NCBI GenBank assembly: GCA_047495785.1
Contig: JBLDXI010000042.1
Location: 4,898,001-4,962,000 of the forward strand
Reading direction: 5' to 3'
Source of the DNA: Lepidodermella squamata
Taxonomy: Eukaryota > Animalia > Gastrotricha
Length of the DNA: 64,000 nucleotides
In this document: piece by piece, positions 1-12,513 of the stretch
How the letters are laid out: every line of letters begins with the position of its first letter
Numbering within the stretch: the first letter of the stretch is position 1
Translations under genes and position numbers: made by a program
The notes under the pieces: model-generated
What the model saw: the letters and a program-made list of their open reading frames with translations, nothing else
Database searches by the model: none
What the model was told of the DNA's origin: nothing

Positions 1-303
1 GGAAGCCGTGGCTCGTTTATGGGGTATGTGTTGGTGATATTCAAGTAATAGCCAGAACTTGTTAATTACGGGATTTTAGGTGAGTACAAGGCGAAACCAA
101 AGATGAATTATGAAAAAATGGCTCGGTCGATTCGAACGTACTACAGGCGCGAAGTAGTGAGGAAAAATAACAGCAAATCCGCGGCGCCTACAATCTATTT
201 CTTCGGTCCAGGATCTGAAGGGCCGATTGCCGAACTATTGGGCAGTGAAATGACATTCGATCGACTAATTAGCATTACGGGCGCCAATCCACATCGTGGC
301 TAG
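1..303 (+). CDS. ETS-domain transcription factor, 3' part (5' end outside window)
   Basis: Removing GT-AG intron 24-79 gives EAVARLWGEYKAKPKMNYEKMARSIRTYY...TIYFF, the ETS helix-2/helix-3 signature; stop at 303. Confidence 0.92.
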
Positions 304-537
304 CTAGCATCATGCGCCAATTGCACCACAATAACAAACCAGACGCAATAATTTACCCTTGTTGCAGTATTAACTGACACACACATTAGCGACTTCCAAT
401 CCCCATGGTCATGTAATGCCTATGGTCCTTTTTTATTCTTACAAGTTTCAAAAACTGAAGTTCATCTTATTCGGTAGTCTTTAGCTAAATTGTACAATAG
501 CTTTGGTTGGCTTAGTAAGATCAAATCCTACTATGTA

Positions 538-716
538 TCGTTAGCGGCGCGCCAAAACAACCACTTTACTATTTATAGATTTTATATGGATAGTACGATC
601 GAGAGTAGAAAAAAATCAGTGCTCAAATGGCCTATCGTACTTTATCATTACGTTCGGCGACTTCAAGTACGATCGAATGAATCATCTAAGTGGTTGTTTT
701 GGCGCGCCGCTAACGG
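538..716. mobile_element. MITE, Tc1/mariner(pogo)-type
   Basis: 29-bp terminal inverted repeat (t/c)cgttagcggcgcgccaaaacaaccactt with one mismatch, TA on both sides (536-537, 717-718), no coding capacity. Confidence 0.8.
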
Positions 717-1559
717 TATTAACTTTTCCTTTAGTTGAGCAGGAACAGTCTTAGGAACAATTTTATTGTTAGGAAATGTTATTTTCGAGCATTTTAATTA
801 TTTGGACGTCTGCTGAAATATGCATTTACTTATTGAAATGGGTGCTGTGAACAAAGTTCAATCGTTAATGCTCAACTAAATTGTCGCTTATTCATTGCGA
901 ATATAAAATAAAGCATTAAAATACAATTCCACCTAAATTTGGAGAACTATGCTAGTTGTGAATAGCTGGCAAGTTGGTCTCGCTACAATACTCATTGTAA
1001 GTTTTAATTGCCACGATATACAGGCGTCTTATTTCCTAATATATTTTCGCAGGATCCAACGAATCCGACGATTGGTTGGCTGCACGAAATCAGGGAAATG
1101 TCCTTACACAACAGCAATCTGAATGGCAGATAAATTTGGTAAAAAATATAACAGGCCTGATGACTTCGTTCAGTGGCGTTTCTTCTAAGAGCGTTTCTAA
1201 AAGTTCTAACAGCAAGAGTCAAGCAAATACTTGGTTTTTTTTGAATAGCCCGACTCCCTTGGAACCAATATGACAAATTATCGCTGAGAAAGAATTGTAC
1301 AGGTATTTGACTTTTTATTTACCATTTCCTCAGTTGATTCTCCAAAAATATGCAAGCTGCAAGCAATGTGATCCACCAAACACCCCCTGTGGCTATGTCC
1401 AAAACTTTTCATAGTCCCAAGGTGAAAAGTCAATCCAGTTCTTCTCGCGGAGCAAGAACTTTCTTTTTATTAATATCGTGAAAGAACGGGCTAAAACTTA
1501 TATTGAAAATGACGCCTATGAGTGATCGAAGCGAGCGTTGTGGGTTCTTCCTTTTGGGT

Positions 1560-1678
1560 CTGAGAAAATAGGGGCCTTGGGACATAAGGGCCCCCTGGGG
1601 ATTATTTTGGGAGGCCCACAAATCGAGGAGCCCCAAGGCATTTGCCTTGTTTGCCTAATGAAAAATCCAGAACTTGCT
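1560..1678 (-). mobile_element. Degenerate relic related to the hAT-type MITE at 16545-16716
   Basis: gagccccaaggcatttgccttgtttgcctaatg resembles the reverse complement of cattaggcaagtagggcagttgccttagggccc at 16560; GGGCCC-rich; left boundary unresolved. Confidence 0.45.
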
Positions 1679-2148
1679 TGCTATTTATTGTTATGATTAA
1701 GCTGTTATTTAGTTTCGAAAATAGCCGAACTATAGCTCTATATTGTATTGTATTATAAGTGTCACACGTTAGACTAACGTTGCACTGCATTAGCCTAAGG
1801 AGGTCACAACATTCATAAATTTTTCTCCAGTTATCACGGTTGGCAGCCACTTCTCTGGCCAGGTTGTTTGGGCATACGATAGTTTCAGGCAGACCCGGTC
1901 TTTCGATTGCCGGGATAAGACTGCCGGGATAGCAGCTATATAGCTCTCGAAACTTGGAATTGCCGCGGTGAAATCAAGACCTGATCGGAATCTAAAATAC
2001 ATAGTCGCATAAAATGACTGCAACTATTTATCGATGAGATTTGCCATGTGGATAAACGTTATACGACGTAAAGGGTTCGCAAATTCACACTGAAATCCAG
2101 GCGATGAAAAAACACATTGAGCCAAGAAAGAATATAAAACCGCGATTG

Positions 2149-2156
2149 TGACGTCA
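2149..2156. promoter_or_regulatory. CRE/ATF palindrome upstream of the second ETS gene
   Basis: Perfect TGACGTCA about 750 bp upstream of the ATG at 2908, with a GATAAG and an ETS-like TTTCCTGT within 25 bp; function inferred only. Confidence 0.35.
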
Positions 2157-2907
2157 TACGATAAGAGCTTCATTTCCTGTTATCATCCCACGATTTCGTG
2201 TGGTTTCCCAGGGTTATATTCCACGTGTATTCCAAGCGCATTATTATTATTTCAGCTTCAAGAGCTTGCCACAGGGTGTGCACTGCCTGGATTGCACCAG
2301 CTAGGTCTTTTCCGTACATCAGGTGCAACAATTTATCCGGCGGCCGTGTCGTGCGTCCGCAGTGTTCGCTTTTTTCCTTCTTTGTCGTCATTTTCGTTAT
2401 TCCTTCATACGCCTTTCCTGTATTTGTATATGCGTGTGTTGCGTTTTTTTCGTTGTTTAACGAAGCCAGCGGCGCCGCCAACAAGTTGGCACGGCTTGCA
2501 CGCGACCAAGCAGTGGCTTTGGTATTACGCGCTTTGTTTGTTATGTTGCTGGCTATGCAGCAGCGATTATCAAGTTTTAAGCCGCGACAACGGTGAGCAA
2601 GAACAAGAAGAAGAAGACGAAGTGAAGAAGAAGAAGAAGAGGCGTGCTTTTTTGCCTCGGCACAAAAACGTCATGAGTATATACCATGTACTGCTGGCCG
2701 CGTGCGCCGGTAGCGCAGGTCTACAAAGCTTTTTATTTTCCGTCGCGCTGCCGCCTCTGCTGCTGCTGCAACGTGCAACAAAAGGAACCAGGTACTCAAA
2801 AGCTGCTGCTGCTGCGACGCTTTTTGCCGCTCGCAGCTCATTAGCCAGCGCCATCCGCTGCCGAGGTTCCGTGTCTTTAGAGGCCTAGAATCCCACGTGA
2901 AACTTAG

Positions 2908-4930
2908 ATGGATTTAAGCGTCAAACATGTCGATCGCAGTTTCTCGGCCGATGACGCCCCGTCTCGATTACAACATCGCCGGAAAGCCACCCACGTTCGG
3001 CGCATCGTAACGAACCCAGGCGCCTCCGAAGAATCGAACAGTGAAGCGAAACGGTCGAAGACTTCATCGAATGAAGATTTAGAATCGGAAGTGCCACCGC
3101 CCACGCTGTCTCAGCCTGATCAACCCGGAAGTAATGCCGTAGCACTTCTTATGAACCTCGTCAATACTTACCAGCAAGGCCCAAACGCGTTATTGCTTCC
3201 ACAGCTGCTTGCTCAGCTGAATGCGTTGACAAGCAACCATCAAGCGTCATTCGAACAAAAGGTGAACAAGATTTCCTGCAAATACTTGGAGTTAAAATAT
3301 CGGCATGCATTTAGGCAGAAGAAAGCTTGAAGAATTAAGAATCGAGGATTTAATAAGAATTCCGCAGGCCTAGATTATCGCCTTTGTCATCGCGGATTTC
3401 ATGTTTTTTCAAAAATTATCATCGCCACTCGTTAAAGTTTTTTCGGAAAATTGCTGAATACTAAATCTCACTATTTTAAACTAGCGAAATATTGCAAGCT
3501 ATTCAATGCGATTTCTGTCGAATTATGGAAATTGTTTGGTTTAGATTTAAATTTTAACATGCGAATTTTTGTTGGGTCTTGGGAATGAACATACTGCTGC
3601 TCTAGTCGGTTTATTATCAAAAACTTCAGAGCCAATGCCAATAGCTAGCAATAATCTCTCATTCGTATGACAAGGAAACAGTAGCACAGTTTCGAGAACA
3701 ATAATAGAGAAATCCTTGGTCTTATGGCGATTCTTAAATCTCGTTTCATTAGGCCTGACGAATAACTTTTCCTGCACCTCTAGATCAAACCGCAAATCAA
3801 ACCATCAGATATTTCTATCGAAACCGGTGGCAGCAGCTCTAAGCCCATCCCAGTGCATAGCCAAAACTCTGCGAAATCCTTCGGCAAAACCTTCCTACCC
3901 CTGACGCCAGCTTCTGGGCACGAAGATGCGGACGACGCGTTGTCGGATGACAATTTAATTCCAACATTGTCGAACCCGGTAAGGGTTAGTTCCGGCGGCA
4001 CCTCAGCAGCTAGTTCATCCTGCTCTCCGGCTTCGATCGCTTCATCGGGTGGCAAGGGCGATGTCCCCCTCCATCGCATGGCTTCGCTGCCATCGAAACT
4101 CGCAGCTGGAGTACCGGAACGCCGCGCTTTTGCCATAGCAAATCGCTTCCGATCAGGGCCGCTGCGACTGTGGATGGTCGCTGGCGATACGCTGCAACTG
4201 TGGCAATTTTTACTACAGCTATTACTCGACACTCCTCTTCTAATTGCTTCACAGCAAGCCACGCCGCCGATTTGTAAGTTAAGGCGTTCATGAGATGAAA
4301 TCGGGTAGATTTTCTGCCGAAACATAGATTGGACTGGGCAGGGCTGGGAGTTCAAAATTGCCGATGCTGAAACTGTGGCGAAGCTGTGGGGCATGTACAA
4401 GAACTGCCCGAGAATGAATTACGCCAAGTTAGCCAGAGGTAAAATTTCAACTTTAAATCTGAAATTAACTAATTTCGTTTCTAGGTCTTCGATTTTACTA
4501 CGGCAAAAACATTGTGGAGAAAACACCTTCAGCGTTCGTCTACAGATTCTTCCATGAAAAAGTGACATCTCAGCCTATTGATGGCTGTCGCTTGAAGCAG
4601 TGCTATGATTACACAATAATGGCCGGGGGTGAACGCGCGCGTCAAGCCATGACTGGCGTAATTTCGGGTCTCGATAAACGACTAACTTTGGGCGATCTTC
4701 TGCACCGGTGTGCCGATGCTAGTTCAAACTCTGCTGTAGCAAGTGATTTGCCTGTCGATCTAACATCTGCTAGATCAGATGCAGAAAACGTAGCTGTGAA
4801 TCCCACCCGATTACTGGCAAATCTGATCACCAGGTAAGACTGCATTTATCATCTGTCTACCGCTTATTTCACGGATTTTCCCTCTTACAGCCTCGATGTG
4901 CCAGAGGAGAACTCACCGGACCGTTCTTGA
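2908..4930 (+). CDS. ETS-domain transcription factor, 5 exons
   Basis: Exons 2908-3261, 3784-4273, 4328-4438, 4485-4833, 4891-4930 join in frame through GT-AG introns; [11 protein letters not shown]...[51 protein letters not shown]...FVYRF is a complete ETS domain. Confidence 0.93.
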
Positions 4931-5200
4931 AGAAACATCGCTCCGTCTGCGGGAGTTTCCGTCTCCAAGTCGGGCCTTGCTCTACACCATCTCTGCGCCC
5001 GCACCATCATGATCTAATCTCCTATCTACAGTAGACGCCATCAGGATAAACTTTTCACTGCTCTCACGGTTCACGTTTCATTCCGCTTCGAAAAGACTTG
5101 CATATAAATTTGATTTTCAAGATTGAAAAATAGTAAAATCTAAGTTTTTCCAATAATAGTTTGAATTTTTATTTGGATAGAAACATGGCACCTTGATACG

Positions 5201-6153
5201 TTATGCCAAAAATAGAGCTCGGGGAATTTTCTTTGCTCTCGCTTTGTCCCGGAAGCGTTTCTTAGGCGAGCCATCATTAGATTGTGAATCACCTTCAGCA
5301 TCGAGGCTTGATCGCTTTCCAACTGCGGATTGGCTGATATCCTCACAAGCCGCAACAGCTTCGAGTGCGTCTTCAGTTCTTTGAGTTGAACAATCTAAAG
5401 GTTCATGCTCATTGAGACTAAAACTCTCTTTCCAATCTCCATTGGGATCAGCTGCTTCATTAGAAATTTGACCATTCACAGAACATTTTGGCTTGTGTAA
5501 CTTCACATGATTTTTCACGTAAGTTCGCAATTTATCGAGAAACAGGACCTGCACGAAAGATGATTAGAAGTTCCTGGAAAATATTGATTCTTATTCTGAC
5601 CTCTTGCCGATCGACGACAAAGAACCATCTGTATTCAGCTTTGATCGCTTTGACAACAGCGAGGAAATCTACGCGGCGGAAACATGTAAAATCCGGGTTG
5701 TTGGCAATCAAGGCCTGCCCACAAAGCTGGACGAATTCGTTGTAGCAATGTTGGCAACGTTCAAGTTCCTCTAGCTCCATTTTCAGGTCTTGCGAGTAAC
5801 ATCGAATAGGCAGCGCGAATTTCGCGTTGCTGACCTTTTTCTATGAATTGGAAGAGATTGTACAAGCTACAAGCCCTCTGAAATGGTTTAGGCCTACTTT
5901 TGGCTGTGGGGCAGACTTTTTGCTGCGAAGAATCAATTTGACTAGAGCGACTAGACCAGCATTGTCGAATACGCGCTCCAAGTCACTTTCATCGAAATTC
6001 TTCAGAATTTCGAAGGTTAAGAAGTTCTCTGGAAAAGATCTTGTTGCGAAACAATACCATGCATGGGATATTATACGAACCTGTTAATTTCTTTGAAATA
6101 GCAGCTTTTTGTACATCGTTTAGCAGCTCGCTATTCGCTACAACAGGATCCAT
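5201..6153 (-). CDS. Uncharacterised protein, 4 exons, with a SAM-like N-terminus and basic C-terminus
   Basis: ATG 6153; three short GT-AG introns (first 6080-6029) link MDPVVANSELL...ENFLTFEILKNFDESDLERVF to ORFs 5532-5780 and 5201-5554. The SAM resemblance is weak. Confidence 0.65.
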
Positions 6154-7486
6154 GTATTTTTACAACGTCAGATACTTATTATATGCAGTTGGCTGAAATA
6201 AGAGTTAGTTGCTAGCTTTTCATCCCCTCTATCGCAGCACTAATTAGCCAGCCGTCATTACATACAACCTTGTAATCGAGATTAGTATACATGTGCATTA
6301 AGCGCGCAGCTTGCTCGTGGATTAATAGCCCTTTCCCACACGGCACACGTAAATTACTAGCTGCTGATTAAGTATATGCTGAAGAATAATACGTTGGCTT
6401 CATGAAAGGAGGCTTATTAGCCCCTTGGGGCATTAGCCATGCGGAAACTCTAAGTTCGAGGTAGATTAGCCGCCTTTAGACTTCTATTGCAAAACCATTG
6501 ATCCTTGCGTTCTTGCCTGATCATGACGGAAAGGAATACATTTGAAAAACAGCTTGCACACGGTTTAATAGCTGGTTACGTTGAGTCCTTAGTAAAAAAT
6601 GAATCTGAGAGGAAAAATAAAGACGACGAAGTATAGACTCTGGCGTTCTCATTAATGCGAGGTAGACATTTATTGGGGCGACATATGATATAGCCTTTTT
6701 GAATTCATTGATTTCGTGATGATTTGGCATTCGGTAAAGTTTAAGAGTTCAGCTAAATAATGTTCACCTAGATATTATTGCAATTTTCGATCTGAAATAG
6801 TTAAAGCGAAACATTGTTAGCTTAACATCTTTCTAATTTCTTTCATTCCGCATTTCCTTTCCTTTTGTGTATTTTTGCGACGGATGAATAGTAGGAATAG
6901 CAAATGGGCCATTATAACACGTATTTTTCTGGACGGATGCCCATTTTTCACCTGATGACTTTGCTGATAGGAATATAAGCGATCCAACTACTATGCGAGC
7001 GGCGCTGAAAGATGAAGTAATACATACATGTATGTTGTGTTTACGAGCCGCGGTGAGCGATTTTGCAGCTTTCTGTCTGTCAATGCTCGTGTTGCCAGGG
7101 TGCGTTGCTAAGGGCGACGCGCATCGCGCACCTTCCATGCGCTACTTCACGTAGCTATATAGCAAAAACTCGTAATGGCGTACATTCGTAAAACTAATAC
7201 TAATACTATAATAACAGTAATAACATTATAAATCGCCCAGGACTGTCGTCGTTCTTTTTCCGATAATGCGAAAAAATGCAATTTGGCTTCTGGAAATTTC
7301 CACGTCGCGTTATTATCTACACTTTTGATCATGATTTGATTCATAATTGATCTCTGGCCCCTTCAAATTCCAAATGATCCTAATAAGATCTCGTATAGCA
7401 TTCGATCTGAGTTTGATCCGACTAATAAGATACAATTTGTTACTAGATTTTTAAATTGTGAATCCTCACTTCTTTTCTTTCAAGCA

Positions 7487-8571
7487 ATGTCGCCACATGG
7501 TCAGGTAAGGTTTTGTGGGCCTGGAGAAGGTTTTGCATTAAACGTTCATCCTATTCTAGGATCAAGGAGCTGTTTGCTCAGATGTCTTTATGCTAATTCG
7601 ATTTGATCGATCGATGCTTCAGGCATTCCGAAATTCGATGGTTAAATCGAAGTCAGTCTTAGGAAATTATGGTGGTCGGTGGTTGACCATTGCGAAGGAA
7701 GCTACCGTAGTCGATGGCGATTGGCCCATGCGTAAAACAATCGCTGTTTTGTCATTTCCCAACCGTGAACGCGCTCGTATGTGGTTCCAATCCGATCCCA
7801 GCTCGAAACAGCAAGATTGGCTCGGCGGCGTTGATGTCGTTATCGTCCCACTTCAGTACAACGCCCCGCGTGAGAAGGATACCTATGTCATGTTGGATGC
7901 AGGTGTTATGGATGAGGAGCGATTCTTGAATGACTACGTCAACGCGCAAATCGATACGCTGCGCCAAAATGGCGCATCGTGCTACGTCGTCGCAAGCAAG
8001 GTGCACGAAAATCTTCGCGGTCTGTGGGTGCCGCGATTCATCGTCATGCATCAGTTCCCATCGTACGAGGCTGCGCTTAGATACTACAGAAACGGTAATT
8101 ATTATAGCTGATTTGCCTAGTTATAATAGTTTGGAAAGCTTGATAACCTGACTCGACTTGATCCTAGTTTGATCCAGGTTTAATCCTGATTCACAAAATT
8201 CGAGTGTCGATGATTACATATTTGATCCAAACTTGAGTTAGTGATCAAATTATGCTTATCAAATTATTTGATCCCAAATTGATCCTGAGTGTTTCCCAGC
8301 TTTATTCCGATTTAAACGATATTAGAATGTGCGATGTTTACCTAATTTGAAGCCTGAATTTCCTAAAATCTTCGATCAAGAATTCGACCTAACTTTTTTC
8401 ACAGCAAAATGAAAAATCTCAACTCGAGTGATTTTACATGAGGCTATATTTTCTTCTTTTTTAGAATCTGGTGAATACGCTCCATTCGCAAACGCCCGTT
8501 ACGCCTCAGCAGCTTCGACCCTTGTCATCTTCCGCCACGAAGCATGCGATCTTTGCGAGCGAGCGGTCTAA
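7487..8571 (+). CDS. Protein with two tandem DUF1330-like (dimeric alpha-beta barrel) domains, 3 exons
   Basis: Exons 7487-7504, 7560-8094, 8465-8571. Two copies of the pattern (YGGRW..VVDGDW..VLSFPNRERARMWF; NGASC..LRGLW..MHQFPSYEAALRYY..EY..FANAR). Confidence 0.85.
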
Positions 8572-9366
8572 ACATTAACCCTTCTATAATTAAAATTTTC
8601 TCGACTGCGATTAGATCTTATGATACAAAATTGCATGGATTTCGGCCTCCTAAACTGTGTTTCTATCCCCTATCATCTTCATCGACATTTTTGGTATCGA
8701 GAATTTTCGTACTCGCCGTCATTCCGCCGGTTTTTCAGCTTTTATTTCTTTAGCAATTAATCATGTGATACTTCAACTTGTGATACGTATAGCCACGTTC
8801 AGCTTTCTATACACCGTGAATCAATAGATCTGCATTAAAAAATCGCATTATCAAGAAACACAGCTTGATCATGTTGATTTCTGCTGGATTTTTCATTTTT
8901 ATTACATACCTAGATAACATGTACAATTTTTGATGTGTTGTCGTTATATTATATAACATCATTTTTTGCTGGCATTTTATCCATATATAGGCAGTCATTT
9001 TTTCGGAAAGATTAGCATATTATAGCCGTTGTTGTGGCACAAACAAATGCTGACAGTTGTCGATGTGAATGATGATAAATGAGGCAAATATCAATAATAA
9101 AATTGCAAGAAAAGCATAAATTGGCTCTCCATTTGTCTCTAAAATAGCTCTTGATTTGGAAAATCGGGAAGTTCAAAAATCTAGCAAATCCTAGAAAAAT
9201 TAGCCACACAGCAATCGAAACTTGATCCGGATTTGATAATCACTGGCTTTGATTCCCATTTGATCCACTGATCCAAATTTGATCCGATCTTGATCGGAAT
9301 CAGATCTCAAGCCCTACTTCATTTATTTTTCCGGATTTTTACAATCAAGAGCTATTTGTTGGCGTT

Positions 9367-12300
9367 TCAAGGGTAAAGTATGCACCAGAGTGGGACCGGT
9401 TTAGCGATGAATGTGTATAGAACACCGCCGCTTTCAGCCGTATCATTGTAGACTTGTTTGCCCTGCGCTTTCCACGTCGCGATGGCCTTCATGTCGCGCT
9501 CGCTGAGCGTACCCGGCGCCGGCTTCTCTTCGCCCGTTAACCGGTGGAAAGTTTTGCGTATGTAAGAGCTTACGCACACGCCAGCATTGCCGCCTTTGAA
9601 CGATTTCGAATTCGGGTCAGTCGCGGCTATGTCTAACCGATAACCGGATTGGTGGGACCGCTTCCGGGCCTTGCCGCCTACTTCGTCCTGACCGAGCCGA
9701 TGATCATTGTTTTTCACCTCAGTGCCACCTTTATTAAAAAAATATTAGAAAATAGTTCACTTCAGAAGCTAATAGCTTAAGCAGGCATTATTTCAAAAAA
9801 AACGTTAAACAATGGAAAAAATATAATCGGATTGTGCTTTTTTCCAAAAAAATTCGCAAAAAATGCTATAATTTTGCCCGATGAATCTGGATTGACTGGG
9901 TTGACTGGAAAACTTTGAATCAAATTTTTAGCCCAGTCCATTCACAGGGCTTTCTGACTAATTGGACTTCGACGATTTTTAGAAAATTGAAACTTATTAA
10001 AATACCTATAGGAAAATTTGATATCGCTGAAAACCCCAAAAAGTGAATTATTTTTAGGTGGACACGGCAATTTATATCGGCTATGCACAAAGGGATTTTT
10101 AGGGCAAAAGCTCGAAATTTCCAAATAAAAAATGTAACAAATGAAAAATTCTACCAACTCGTTTTTAAATAGGAATTATGGAATTTTTCGAAAGAAATTT
10201 AAGATAGTTCAGAAAATTCAGTCTTGAAATTTCAATTTTTAATGAAAAGCTTAAAAATTATGGGAAGAAGCAAATAATCCAAGAAAATTGCATTTTTCAT
10301 GAATTAAAAATTAATTTACCGGTGATATAAATATCGTTGCAGCTGCTTTTCCTTTTCAGCGCAATTAAATGTCGAATATTTTTCAATCGAACACCTTCGA
10401 GCGAAACGCATTGTTTAGGCACTTGTTGCTTTCCGCTTTTCTTGTTATTCGCCTGCCGCGTTACCGGTTCAAAATCCGAATCAACATCCGCCACAGTCAA
10501 GCCTTTCGTATCGGCCTTACAGTTAGGCTGGTTAACAGCCGTAATTCCAGCTTTACTCAAAACTCGTAAAGCTACGGGTTGCGTCAATTTTTCGCTGCCT
10601 TTTTCAATCACCCTGCCTAAGGGTTCAACGTAAACAGTTCGATTGTCGATATCGCTCTGATAGCTGCATGAAAATTCGATTGTGGCGAAACGGCTGTAGC
10701 CAACAAACGGGTCGATTTGGCCCTTGGGCACCGGGCAGAAAGGCTCGGAGAATTGGTACTTGTGATCGACGAAAATCACACAGCCGTCACGTGACTCGGT
10801 GTAGCACTGCCGGCGCAAGTTTTCCAACTCGCTTCGCCAGCACGGTTTGAATTCGGGCAGCGTGAAATTAGGCGGGGATGTTGCCGCTTGTTTTTGGCTG
10901 TTATCGCCTTGATGGTGCCATTTCAGGCACGTTTTAGGATCTGTTCGGCCGTAAGCTGCGAAATTGATCTTCATCGTCGTGGCAGTTGGACATTTCAGCA
11001 CGATTATCGAGTTATCGCAGGCGAGCAGTTTTTCTAGATGAATTTAAAAAATAGGAATTAGGAAAAAAAAACAAGCTTATTCAAAGCGGAGGCCGTGTGA
11101 TTTTCGCAATGGAAATTGGCACCGCGACATTTGCGCAAATGACAAATGCGCGAGAAATTAAAAAAAGCTAGCATTCTTTTTAAATAAATTGAAAAATAAT
11201 TAAAAAATTGAAAATACCGCAGGTCCAGGTTCATATACAGACTCCACTCTATTTGGAATTTCGTCCAAGTGGGTATAGAATTTTGTAATTTCCTTCAAAA
11301 TTTGAACAGCCGGTCATTAAAATTCATTAATAACAAGAGTATTTGGCCATGAACAACTTGAAACCCACTGTTGTTCAATTTTCGAAAAATTCTCAAATTT
11401 CTTCAAGGGGTTTTCCTGTCCCTGTTTTCCTGTAACGGAACATGCCGTTGCGGAACCAAATTTCTGAATGATTATTGTGCCTGAAACCATTTTTCAGAAA
11501 AGATGTAAATATAGACGATCGTAATTTATATGAATTATTTTCAAATTCATGGAAAAATTTTAATTATCTCATTTTTCCAATTTTTTCGCTTTACAATTTT
11601 ACGAATTTTACGTGTCATTTTCGCGTGTCATGGGAAATTCAGCTGAGAAAATTGCTGTAGACTTACGCGATATTATGCCTTCAGGCTTTCGGACCAAAAA
11701 ACTACGCGATTGCCGCCGGTCGCCCACCGGAGCCAATTGCTTCAACCCACTAGCACCAACAAAATACGGCCTAACAACAGTCGTCGTTCTTTCAGCCGCC
11801 CTACTCGTCGACATCGCTTGCGTTGTAGTCGTAGTAGTAGTCGTTGGCCGCGTTGTAGTCTTCACCGTCGTGGTAGTAGTAGTAGTAGGCAGAGTAGTCC
11901 TAACTGTAGTCGAGGCCACAGTTGTCGTAGTACTTGGCCGAGAAGTGGTTGTAGTAGTCGTAGTAGTCGTTTTTCTAGTTGTAGTTGTTGTTTGGGCAGT
12001 GGTTGAAGGAGTGGTCGTAGTAGAAGTTGAGGGTGGCCTAACTGTCGTCGCCGTTCTCACCGCGGTTGTGCGAGCCGGGGTGGTCACGCTTGAAATATTC
12101 GTTAATCTCCCCACCGTAACAGCCGCAACCCTAACCGGCCTCGTCGTTGTAGTAATAATACTCCAAATATCCGTCTGGTTAAGGACGGCTACGTTGACGC
12201 CATCATCGTAAACTTTAGTCCTTTGCCCTTCAGTTACAGCGTACCTCCGAGTTGTAGTCACCCTAATAGCTCGAATTGTTGTATTGTTGTATAACTTAAC

Positions 12301-12513
12301 CGGGCGGGGAGTTACAATAACGGCTTTAACCGGTGTGGAATTATTCGCTCGAACAGCCCGAGGCGTTGTAGTAGGTCTCACGTACCGGCTAGTCGAATTC
12401 GTGGCGATGAATGTGAAATCAGTTTCATTCGACGGCCGTTCGATCCAGGTTATGTTAAACGACGTAGTGGATGCGACGAAATTAAGGCAGATCAACGCGA
12501 TGAGTTGCAACAT
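9367..12513 (-). CDS. Secreted protein: signal peptide, Thr-rich mucin region, SUEL/gal-rhamnose lectin domain, C-terminal Hedgehog/DD-peptidase(M15)-like domain
   Basis: Exons 12513-11667, 11033-10320, 9728-9367 join via phase-1 GT-AG introns. MLQLIALICLNFVAS signal; ACDNSIIVLKCP...INFAAYGRTDPKTC...FCP...IEFSC is SUEL-like; then CVSLEGVR...IYITGGTE...SHQSGYRLDI. Confidence 0.8.

Noticed and set aside
2148-2888. 246-aa ORF upstream of the ETS gene
   Set aside because: Starts at GTG, low-complexity GAA/GCT tracts, no domain; more likely promoter and 5' UTR.
11090-11174. Independent signal-peptide exon for the lectin domain
   Set aside because: Needs a frameshift and has no good donor; the mucin exon splices in frame instead.
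11612-12211. Poly-Val ORF on the + strand
   Set aside because: Antisense of the Thr-rich mucin exon.
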